A stretch of 7,687 nucleotides of DNA from Naegleria gruberi (taxonomy: Eukaryota): assembly GCA_000004985.1 (NCBI GenBank), contig GG739117.1, one strand, 5' to 3'. Positions 1-7,687 of this stretch are shown here, one piece after another. The position numbers and the translations under genes were made by a program. The notes beneath the pieces were generated by a model. The model worked only from the letters and a program-made list of their open reading frames with translations, had not been told where the DNA came from and made no database searches. Positions within the stretch are counted from its first letter, which is position 1. Each line of letters opens with the position of its first letter.

Positions 1-30
1 ANCCTTTGTAAAATTTTAATTTTAAAAAAA

Positions 31-1158
31 ATGCAACAAAATATTAGTGTTGGTCAACAACAACAACAAGCCTTCACTAATTATTATGAACAACAACCAT
101 CATCATCTAATAACAATATAATAACATCATCATCATCATCATTTAATTCTAATATTAATAATAATAATAATAATAATTCTAATAGAATGAATCAAAAAGA
201 AATATATACATATAATTCAGATTGGATGATATATTCACTTTCATGGTCAGTTAGAAGAGATGAAAAGTATAGACTTGCAATTGGATCATTTATAGAAGAA
301 TATAGAAATAAAGTAGATATAATTAAATTAAATAATGATAATATATTAGAAAGAGTTGCACAATTTGAACATCCATATCCTGCTACTAAAATACAATTTC
401 ATCCTTCTGCTTCTATTAATAATCCTGATTTAATTGCTACTTCAGGTGATTATTTACGTTTATGGAATATTAATAATAATTCAACAACTACAACTACAAC
501 TACTAGTAATAATAATGTGAATAATAACATTTCATCACAACAACAACAACAAACAGTTCAAACAGTACAAAAATATCATACATTTAATAATGATAGTTCA
601 AGTGAATTTTGTGCACCATTAACAAGTTTTGATTGGTGTGAATATAATCCTAATATGATTGGTACTTGTTCAATTGATACAACATGTACAATATGGGATA
701 TTCCAACAGGTAAATCTAAAACACAACTTGTAGCACATGATAAAGAAGTTTATGATATTTCATTTAAAGATGAAAATATATTTTGTACAGTTGGTGCAGA
801 TGGTAGTTTGAGAATGTTTGATTTACGTTCATTAGAACATTGTTCAATTTTATATGAACATGAACAATTACAACCTTTATTAAGATTAGCATGGAACAAA
901 CAAGATCCAAATTATATTGCTACCATTTCAATGGATTCAAATATTATTGTTTTAATTGATATTAGATTATCTTCAATTCCATTAATGAAATTATCAGGTC
1001 ATTCTAATTCTGTTAATTCAATTTCATGGGCTCCTCATTCTTCAAATCATTTATGTTCTGTTGGTGATGATGCTCAAGCTTTAATTTGGGATGTTAGAAG
1101 TGGTTTTAATAATAATTTAAATGATCAATATGATAATTCATCATCACAACAACAACAA
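31..1158 (+). CDS. wdr68: DDB1- and CUL4-associated factor 7 (DCAF7/WDR68/HAN11) homologue, WD40-repeat protein; 3'-partial, truncated by assembly gap (about 50 C-terminal residues missing)
   Basis: Continuous ORF from ATG at 31 in an AAAAAAAATG context. From residue about 53 (NQKEIYTYNSDWMIYSLSWSVR...) the translation aligns colinearly with human DCAF7 ([22 protein letters not shown]... FRLALGSFVEEY... DHPYPTTK... DLLATSGDYLRVW... DFCAPLTSFDWNE... GTSSIDTTCTIW... KTQLIAHDKEVYDIAF... SVGADGSVRMFDLRHLEHSTIIYE... PLLRLCWNKQDPNYLATMAMD... IAWAPHSS... DDHQALIWDI). The WD-repeat signatures are conserved. The ORF runs directly into N at 1159, so the stop codon is not in the available sequence. Codon usage is AAT/CAA/TTA/GGT-biased. 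The gene symbol is recalled from the Dictyostelium orthologue naming and should be verified. Confidence 0.88.
55..69 (+). repeat. (CAA)5 trinucleotide repeat encoding a poly-Gln run inside wdr68
   Basis: caacaacaacaacaa read directly; translates as QQQQQ. Confidence 0.9.
151..180 (+). repeat. (AAT)n trinucleotide repeat encoding a poly-Asn run inside wdr68
   Basis: aatattaataataataataataataat read directly; translates as NINNNNNNNSN. Confidence 0.9.
483..557 (+). repeat. Composite coding microsatellites: (ACA/ACT)n poly-Thr, (AAT)n poly-Asn, (CAA)5 poly-Gln
   Basis: acaactacaactacaactact ... aataataatgtgaataataac ... caacaacaacaacaa. Encodes STTTTTTTSNNNVNNNISSQQQQQ and lies in a segment with no counterpart in human DCAF7. 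Confidence 0.85.
1147..1158 (+). repeat. (CAA)4 poly-Gln-encoding repeat running directly into the assembly gap
   Basis: caacaacaacaa followed immediately by N. The repeat probably continues into the gap and may have caused the assembly break. Confidence 0.8.
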
Positions 1159-4100
1159 NNNNNNNNNNNNNNNNNNNNNNNNNNNNNNNNNNNNNNNNNN
1201 NNNNNNNNNNNNNNNNNNNNNNNNNNNNNNNNNNNNNNNNNNNNNNNNNNNNNNNNNNNNNNNNNNNNNNNNNNNNNNNNNNNNNNNNNNNNNNNNNNNN
1301 NNNNNNNNNNNNNNNNNNNNNNNNNNNNNNNNNNNNNNNNNNNNNNNNNNNNNNNNNNNNNNNNNNNNNNNNNNNNNNNNNNNNNNNNNNNNNNNNNNNN
1401 NNNNNNNNNNNNNNNNNNNNNNNNNNNNNNNNNNNNNNNNNNNNNNNNNNNNNNNNNNNNNNNNNNNNNNNNNNNNNNNNNNNNNNNNNNNNNNNNNNNN
1501 NNNNNNNNNNNNNNNNNNNNNNNNNNNNNNNNNNNNNNNNNNNNNNNNNNNNNNNNNNNNNNNNNNNNNNNNNNNNNNNNNNNNNNNNNNNNNNNNNNNN
1601 NNNNNNNNNNNNNNNNNNNNNNNNNNNNNNNNNNNNNNNNNNNNNNNNNNNNNNNNNNNNNNNNNNNNNNNNNNNNNNNNNNNNNNNNNNNNNNNNNNNN
1701 NNNNNNNNNNNNNNNNNNNNNNNNNNNNNNNNNNNNNNNNNNNNNNNNNNNNNNNNNNNNNNNNNNNNNNNNNNNNNNNNNNNNNNNNNNNNNNNNNNNN
1801 NNNNNNNNNNNNNNNNNNNNNNNNNNNNNNNNNNNNNNNNNNNNNNNNNNNNNNNNNNNNNNNNNNNNNNNNNNNNNNNNNNNNNNNNNNNNNNNNNNNN
1901 NNNNNNNNNNNNNNNNNNNNNNNNNNNNNNNNNNNNNNNNNNNNNNNNNNNNNNNNNNNNNNNNNNNNNNNNNNNNNNNNNNNNNNNNNNNNNNNNNNNN
2001 NNNNNNNNNNNNNNNNNNNNNNNNNNNNNNNNNNNNNNNNNNNNNNNNNNNNNNNNNNNNNNNNNNNNNNNNNNNNNNNNNNNNNNNNNNNNNNNNNNNN
2101 NNNNNNNNNNNNNNNNNNNNNNNNNNNNNNNNNNNNNNNNNNNNNNNNNNNNNNNNNNNNNNNNNNNNNNNNNNNNNNNNNNNNNNNNNNNNNNNNNNNN
2201 NNNNNNNNNNNNNNNNNNNNNNNNNNNNNNNNNNNNNNNNNNNNNNNNNNNNNNNNNNNNNNNNNNNNNNNNNNNNNNNNNNNNNNNNNNNNNNNNNNNN
2301 NNNNNNNNNNNNNNNNNNNNNNNNNNNNNNNNNNNNNNNNNNNNNNNNNNNNNNNNNNNNNNNNNNNNNNNNNNNNNNNNNNNNNNNNNNNNNNNNNNNN
2401 NNNNNNNNNNNNNNNNNNNNNNNNNNNNNNNNNNNNNNNNNNNNNNNNNNNNNNNNNNNNNNNNNNNNNNNNNNNNNNNNNNNNNNNNNNNNNNNNNNNN
2501 NNNNNNNNNNNNNNNNNNNNNNNNNNNNNNNNNNNNNNNNNNNNNNNNNNNNNNNNNNNNNNNNNNNNNNNNNNNNNNNNNNNNNNNNNNNNNNNNNNNN
2601 NNNNNNNNNNNNNNNNNNNNNNNNNNNNNNNNNNNNNNNNNNNNNNNNNNNNNNNNNNNNNNNNNNNNNNNNNNNNNNNNNNNNNNNNNNNNNNNNNNNN
2701 NNNNNNNNNNNNNNNNNNNNNNNNNNNNNNNNNNNNNNNNNNNNNNNNNNNNNNNNNNNNNNNNNNNNNNNNNNNNNNNNNNNNNNNNNNNNNNNNNNNN
2801 NNNNNNNNNNNNNNNNNNNNNNNNNNNNNNNNNNNNNNNNNNNNNNNNNNNNNNNNNNNNNNNNNNNNNNNNNNNNNNNNNNNNNNNNNNNNNNNNNNNN
2901 NNNNNNNNNNNNNNNNNNNNNNNNNNNNNNNNNNNNNNNNNNNNNNNNNNNNNNNNNNNNNNNNNNNNNNNNNNNNNNNNNNNNNNNNNNNNNNNNNNNN
3001 NNNNNNNNNNNNNNNNNNNNNNNNNNNNNNNNNNNNNNNNNNNNNNNNNNNNNNNNNNNNNNNNNNNNNNNNNNNNNNNNNNNNNNNNNNNNNNNNNNNN
3101 NNNNNNNNNNNNNNNNNNNNNNNNNNNNNNNNNNNNNNNNNNNNNNNNNNNNNNNNNNNNNNNNNNNNNNNNNNNNNNNNNNNNNNNNNNNNNNNNNNNN
3201 NNNNNNNNNNNNNNNNNNNNNNNNNNNNNNNNNNNNNNNNNNNNNNNNNNNNNNNNNNNNNNNNNNNNNNNNNNNNNNNNNNNNNNNNNNNNNNNNNNNN
3301 NNNNNNNNNNNNNNNNNNNNNNNNNNNNNNNNNNNNNNNNNNNNNNNNNNNNNNNNNNNNNNNNNNNNNNNNNNNNNNNNNNNNNNNNNNNNNNNNNNNN
3401 NNNNNNNNNNNNNNNNNNNNNNNNNNNNNNNNNNNNNNNNNNNNNNNNNNNNNNNNNNNNNNNNNNNNNNNNNNNNNNNNNNNNNNNNNNNNNNNNNNNN
3501 NNNNNNNNNNNNNNNNNNNNNNNNNNNNNNNNNNNNNNNNNNNNNNNNNNNNNNNNNNNNNNNNNNNNNNNNNNNNNNNNNNNNNNNNNNNNNNNNNNNN
3601 NNNNNNNNNNNNNNNNNNNNNNNNNNNNNNNNNNNNNNNNNNNNNNNNNNNNNNNNNNNNNNNNNNNNNNNNNNNNNNNNNNNNNNNNNNNNNNNNNNNN
3701 NNNNNNNNNNNNNNNNNNNNNNNNNNNNNNNNNNNNNNNNNNNNNNNNNNNNNNNNNNNNNNNNNNNNNNNNNNNNNNNNNNNNNNNNNNNNNNNNNNNN
3801 NNNNNNNNNNNNNNNNNNNNNNNNNNNNNNNNNNNNNNNNNNNNNNNNNNNNNNNNNNNNNNNNNNNNNNNNNNNNNNNNNNNNNNNNNNNNNNNNNNNN
3901 NNNNNNNNNNNNNNNNNNNNNNNNNNNNNNNNNNNNNNNNNNNNNNNNNNNNNNNNNNNNNNNNNNNNNNNNNNNNNNNNNNNNNNNNNNNNNNNNNNNN
4001 NNNNNNNNNNNNNNNNNNNNNNNNNNNNNNNNNNNNNNNNNNNNNNNNNNNNNNNNNNNNNNNNNNNNNNNNNNNNNNNNNNNNNNNNNNNNNNNNNNNN

Positions 4101-6365
4101 NNNNNNNNNNNNNNNNNNNNNNNNNNNNNNNNNNNNNNNNNNNNNNNNNNNNNNNNNNNNNNNNNNNNNNNNNNNNNNNNNNNNNNNNNNNNNNNNNNNN
4201 NNNNNNNNNNNNNNNNNNNNNNNNNNNNNNNNNNNNNNNNNNNNNNNNNNNNNNNNNNNNNNNNNNNNNNNNNNNNNNNNNNNNNNNNNNNNNNNNNNNN
4301 NNNNNNNNNNNNNNNNNNNNNNNNNNNNNNNNNNNNNNNNNNNNNNNNNNNNNNNNNNNNNNNNNNNNNNNNNNNNNNNNNNNNNNNNNNNNNNNNNNNN
4401 NNNNNNNNNNNNNNNNNNNNNNNNNNNNNNNNNNNNNNNNNNNNNNNNNNNNNNNNNNNNNNNNNNNNNNNNNNNNNNNNNNNNNNNNNNNNNNNNNNNN
4501 NNNNNNNNNNNNNNNNNNNNNNNNNNNNNNNNNNNNNNNNNNNNNNNNNNNNNNNNNNNNNNNNNNNNNNNNNNNNNNNNNNNNNNNNNNNNNNNNNNNN
4601 NNNNNNNNNNNNNNNNNNNNNNNNNNNNNNNNNNNNNNNNNNNNNNNNNNNNNNNNNNNNNNNNNNNNNNNNNNNNNNNNNNNNNNNNNNNNNNNNNNNN
4701 NNNNNNNNNNNNNNNNNNNNNNNNNNNNNNNNNNNNNNNNNNNNNNNNNNNNNNNNNNNNNNNNNNNNNNNNNNNNNNNNNNNNNNNNNNNNNNNNNNNN
4801 NNNNNNNNNNNNNNNNNNNNNNNNNNNNNNNNNNNNNNNNNNNNNNNNNNNNNNNNNNNNNNNNNNNNNNNNNNNNNNNNNNNNNNNNNNNNNNNNNNNN
4901 NNNNNNNNNNNNNNNNNNNNNNNNNNNNNNNNNNNNNNNNNNNNNNNNNNNNNNNNNNNNNNNNNNNNNNNNNNNNNNNNNNNNNNNNNNNNNNNNNNNN
5001 NNNNNNNNNNNNNNNNNNNNNNNNNNNNNNNNNNNNNNNNNNNNNNNNNNNNNNNNNNNNNNNNNNNNNNNNNNNNNNNNNNNNNNNNNNNNNNNNNNNN
5101 NNNNNNNNNNNNNNNNNNNNNNNNNNNNNNNNNNNNNNNNNNNNNNNNNNNNNNNNNNNNNNNNNNNNNNNNNNNNNNNNNNNNNNNNNNNNNNNNNNNN
5201 NNNNNNNNNNNNNNNNNNNNNNNNNNNNNNNNNNNNNNNNNNNNNNNNNNNNNNNNNNNNNNNNNNNNNNNNNNNNNNNNNNNNNNNNNNNNNNNNNNNN
5301 NNNNNNNNNNNNNNNNNNNNNNNNNNNNNNNNNNNNNNNNNNNNNNNNNNNNNNNNNNNNNNNNNNNNNNNNNNNNNNNNNNNNNNNNNNNNNNNNNNNN
5401 NNNNNNNNNNNNNNNNNNNNNNNNNNNNNNNNNNNNNNNNNNNNNNNNNNNNNNNNNNNNNNNNNNNNNNNNNNNNNNNNNNNNNNNNNNNNNNNNNNNN
5501 NNNNNNNNNNNNNNNNNNNNNNNNNNNNNNNNNNNNNNNNNNNNNNNNNNNNNNNNNNNNNNNNNNNNNNNNNNNNNNNNNNNNNNNNNNNNNNNNNNNN
5601 NNNNNNNNNNNNNNNNNNNNNNNNNNNNNNNNNNNNNNNNNNNNNNNNNNNNNNNNNNNNNNNNNNNNNNNNNNNNNNNNNNNNNNNNNNNNNNNNNNNN
5701 NNNNNNNNNNNNNNNNNNNNNNNNNNNNNNNNNNNNNNNNNNNNNNNNNNNNNNNNNNNNNNNNNNNNNNNNNNNNNNNNNNNNNNNNNNNNNNNNNNNN
5801 NNNNNNNNNNNNNNNNNNNNNNNNNNNNNNNNNNNNNNNNNNNNNNNNNNNNNNNNNNNNNNNNNNNNNNNNNNNNNNNNNNNNNNNNNNNNNNNNNNNN
5901 NNNNNNNNNNNNNNNNNNNNNNNNNNNNNNNNNNNNNNNNNNNNNNNNNNNNNNNNNNNNNNNNNNNNNNNNNNNNNNNNNNNNNNNNNNNNNNNNNNNN
6001 NNNNNNNNNNNNNNNNNNNNNNNNNNNNNNNNNNNNNNNNNNNNNNNNNNNNNNNNNNNNNNNNNNNNNNNNNNNNNNNNNNNNNNNNNNNNNNNNNNNN
6101 NNNNNNNNNNNNNNNNNNNNNNNNNNNNNNNNNNNNNNNNNNNNNNNNNNNNNNNNNNNNNNNNNNNNNNNNNNNNNNNNNNNNNNNNNNNNNNNNNNNN
6201 NNNNNNNNNNNNNNNNNNNNNNNNNNNNNNNNNNNNNNNNNNNNNNNNNNNNNNNNNNNNNNNNNNNNNNNNNNNNNNNNNNNNNNNNNNNNNNNNNNNN
6301 NNNNNNNNNNNNNNNNNNNNNNNNNNNNNNNNNNNNNNNNNNNNNNNNNNNNNNNNNNNNNNNNN
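1159..6365. other. Assembly gap: 5207 consecutive N bases of unknown sequence
   Basis: Uninterrupted run of n characters. The left edge abuts a (CAA)n tract at 1147-1158. Genes on both flanks read into the gap. Confidence 0.99.
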
Positions 6366-6863
6366 TTGTTTTGTAATTGATACCTTCTCTGTACCTGTTC
6401 TTGAATCTTTAATTATTTCTTTTCTTTTACTTATTTTAGATCCATCTCTATTACTTGAAATACTTGAAAATGATGATGAATAATATGAATTAGCATTATC
6501 AAAATTTGAATGATTGTTAATATTATTGAAATGAGAATTAAAGTCTTCATCCATTCTTTTAAATAATTGTTCACTTCTTTTCATCATTGATGACATCATG
6601 TCAAATGGTGAATTTGAAAAGAATGGATCATTATCAAAGAATGAATTTGTCATCTTCATATTAAATGGATCTTCTCTTCTTCTTCTATCATTATTATTAG
6701 AATTAGTATTTGAATTATTTGAATTATTACTATTTGAAGTTGTTCTACTTTTTGTTGGATTGGAAGATGAAGAATGATAATGTCTATAATTATTAATATC
6801 TATGATGTATTGTGTGGTATTCTTAATAATGGAATGTAAACTAGTAGTGATACTTACGATCAT
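6366..6863 (-). CDS. Hypothetical Ser/Asn/Phe-rich low-complexity protein with DPF/FF motifs; 3'-partial (C-terminus lost in the gap). 6863 is the first in-frame ATG of the continuous ORF. The true 5' end is probably exon 1 at 6858-6975 (next feature), in which case 6800-6857 is intron and the in-frame coding part here is 6366-6799.
   Basis: Reverse-strand ORF open from the gap edge (6366) up to ATG at 6863 and then a TAA. Translation: MIVSITTSLHSIIKNTTQYIIDINNYRHYHSSSSNPTKSRTTSNSNNSNNSNTNSNNNDRRRREDPFNMKMTNSFFDNDPFFSNSPFDMMSSMMKRSEQLFKRMDEDFNSHFNNINNHSNFDNANSYYSSSFSSISSNRDGSKISKRKEIIKDSRTGTEKVSITKQ... Codon usage is Dictyostelium-typical. The ATG at 6863 has a poor start context (ccagatgATG). 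Confidence 0.75.
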
Positions 6864-6975
6864 CTGGATCTTCGTATCTTACACTACTACCATTGCTACT
6901 ACTCATATGATCACCATATTCATCATCATCTGATAATTCTTCAAACATTGGTCCTTGATGTTTTGTTTTTCTCAT
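6858..6975 (-). CDS. Candidate exon 1 of the same - strand gene (MRKTKHQGPMFEELSDDDEYGDHMSSSNGSSVRYEDPDD), joined through a putative 58-nt intron (6857..6800, GTAAGT...TCATAG) to the downstream ORF at 6799
   Basis: ATG at 6975-6973 sits in an ideal Dictyostelium context (tatttgaaaATGaga). Thirty-nine codons are open with good codon bias (GAA, GAT, CCA, GGT, TTA) in otherwise AT-rich DNA. This frame closes at a TAG 12 nt after a consensus GTAAGT donor at 6857-6852. A splice from after 6858 to the AG at 6801-6800 restores the long downstream frame (junction codon C|AT = His). The candidate intron is only about 71% AT, low for this genome, so the model is tentative. A 1-nt sequencing frameshift would explain the data equally well. 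Confidence 0.45.
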
Positions 6976-7364
6976 TTTCAAATAACCAAACAATTCACGG
7001 AAGTTGTAATTTTTAAAACTCTATTCTTTCTCAATAGTAGTGTAGTAATACAATCATATATATATACTAAAGACAACACTCACACGATATTGAGGCTTTT
7101 TTTTAAAACTGCTTATTTCCGAGATTTAAAAATAATGAGGCGCCAAGATTTAATTGAGGAAATTATGACATCGGAATTTCTTATTCCTTTATCATTCAAT
7201 TGCATCAATTAATCATCAACACTAAGCAACTTGTATCTAACATTCCAATGAAATAATTGTTTAAAAGAATCAAATTAAAATACTATTATTAGAATAAAAG
7301 GAGTTCGTTCAAATTGATTTTAAAAAACAAATAACAACACATTACATAATAATTAGACAATACT
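6976..7364. promoter_or_regulatory. Divergent intergenic region containing the promoters and 5' UTRs of the - strand gene (start 6975 or 6863) and the + strand gene starting at 7365
   Basis: Lies between two outward-facing start codons. No long ORF with coding-like composition. Homopolymer A/T runs (7098-7111) and AT-rich blocks are typical of Dictyostelium promoters. It also contains unusual GC-containing islands (tgaggc at 7092-7097 and 7136-7141; GGCGCC at 7139-7144). Confidence 0.5.
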
Positions 7365-7687
7365 ATGAATCATAATAATAATAATAGGAAGGAAGAACAT
7401 TCTAATCATCATCAACAACAACAACAACATTATATTCATAATATTAGTAATAATATTAGTAATAATAATAATAATAATGGAATGAATTCAATGTCAGTCT
7501 CTCAAACACTCTCTAATCAATTTAATAATACTATTATTAATAATAATAATACTAATAATACAACATCAACATTTAATCATTCTAGGAAACAAGATCATCA
7601 TCACAATCATGAATATAATTTTCATCATTCAAATTTAAATTTTCAACATCAATTACATAATAATAATAATAATAATAAAAATCAACA
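7365..7687 (+). CDS. 5' part of an uncharacterised His/Asn/Gln-rich low-complexity protein; runs off the window end (5'-complete, 3'-partial)
   Basis: ATG at 7365 is preceded by an in-frame TAG at 7356. The frame then stays open for 107 codons to the last base (MNHNNNNRKEEHSNHHQQQQQHYIHNISNNISNNNNNNGMNSMSVSQTLSNQFNNTIINNNNTNNTTSTFNHSRKQDHHHNHEYNFHHSNLNFQHQLHNNNNNNKNQ...). The supplied track omits it because it has no stop in the window. An open frame this long in DNA this AT-rich is unlikely by chance. Codons are AAT/CAT/CAA-biased. Confidence 0.6.
   Translation, partial: MNHNNNNRKEEHSNHHQQQQQHYIHNISNNISNNNNNNGMNSMSVSQTLSNQFNNTIINNNNTNNTTSTFNHSRKQDHHHNHEYNFHHSNLNFQHQLHNNNNNNKNQ
7371..7479 (+). 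repeat. Cluster of coding trinucleotide repeats: (AAT)n, (CAA)5 and (AAT)6 at the start of the 7365 ORF
   Basis: cataataataataatagg ... caacaacaacaacaacat ... aataataataataataat read directly. Confidence 0.85.

Noticed and set aside
1125-1158. 5' portion of the 1912-aa - strand ORF extending left of the gap (…CCCCDDELSY)
   Set aside because: This is the antisense of the wdr68 CAA-repeat region and is only linked to the real - strand gene through X residues. The true - strand gene is supported only from 6366 rightwards.
1121-6376. 1751-aa + strand ORF (MINMIIHHHNNN-X...)
   Set aside because: An alternative frame inside wdr68 that is carried across the gap by N=X translation. No real sequence supports it.
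31-6483. 2150-aa + strand ORF in the supplied track
   Set aside because: About 1735 of its residues are X from translating the N gap. Only 31-1158 is real (wdr68). The 6366-6483 tail (CFVIDTFSVPVLESLIISFLLLILDPSLLLEILENDDE) is the antisense of the - strand gene, in a spurious frame.
6822-6884. Alternative intron using internal GTAAGA donor (6882) and AAG acceptor (6822)
   Set aside because: It is frame-compatible, but the donor deviates from the GTAAGT consensus and the segment is even less AT-rich than the preferred 58-nt model. It is kept only as an alternative under the main finding.
6955-7212. 85-aa + strand ORF (MMFCFSHFQITKQF...)
   Set aside because: Hydrophobic, F/I/L-rich composition typical of chance ORFs in AT-rich DNA, with no Dictyostelium codon bias. 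It overlaps the candidate exon 1 of the - strand gene in antisense and lies in the divergent promoter region. Much more likely non-coding.
7296-7320. tRNA B-box-like string ggagttcgttcaaattg
   Set aside because: It resembles GGTTCGAATCC only loosely. There is no A-box, acceptor-stem complementarity or cloverleaf nearby. Not a tRNA.
1-7687. Prokaryotic-style features (operon, RBS, CRISPR, defence island)
   Set aside because: The sequence is clearly eukaryotic (Dictyostelium-like composition, GTAAGT intron signal, poly-N/Q coding microsatellites, A-rich start contexts). No direct-repeat/spacer arrays or Shine-Dalgarno-linked gene clusters are present.

Overview
The sequence is eukaryotic, extremely AT-rich, with coding regions full of (CAA)n, (AAT)n and (CAT)n tracts that encode poly-Gln, poly-Asn and poly-Ser runs. 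The composition, codon usage and AAAATG-type start contexts are typical of Dictyostelium discoideum nuclear DNA. No prokaryotic features (operons, CRISPR, RBS) apply. A run of 5207 N bases (1159-6365) is an assembly gap covering two thirds of the window. The very long ORFs in the supplied track (2150, 1751 and 1912 aa) are artefacts of translating N as X. The real content is as follows. (1) A + strand gene at 31-1158, truncated at its 3' end by the gap, encodes a clear WD40-repeat DCAF7/WDR68/HAN11 orthologue, alignable to human DCAF7 from its N-terminus through ...HQALIWD. It carries Dictyostelium-specific low-complexity insertions. (2) A convergent - strand gene runs out of the gap (6366) to a start at 6863, or more likely at 6975 through a short GTAAGT intron. 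It encodes a Ser/Asn-rich protein with DPF/FF aromatic motifs and no confident family assignment. (3) A roughly 390-bp divergent intergenic/promoter region lies at 6976-7364. (4) A + strand ORF that the track did not report starts at 7365 and runs off the window end; it is the His/Asn/Gln-rich N-terminus of a third gene. Nothing here supports a defence-system or other multi-gene novel system. The main points of interest are gene-structure questions around the gap and the candidate 5' intron.
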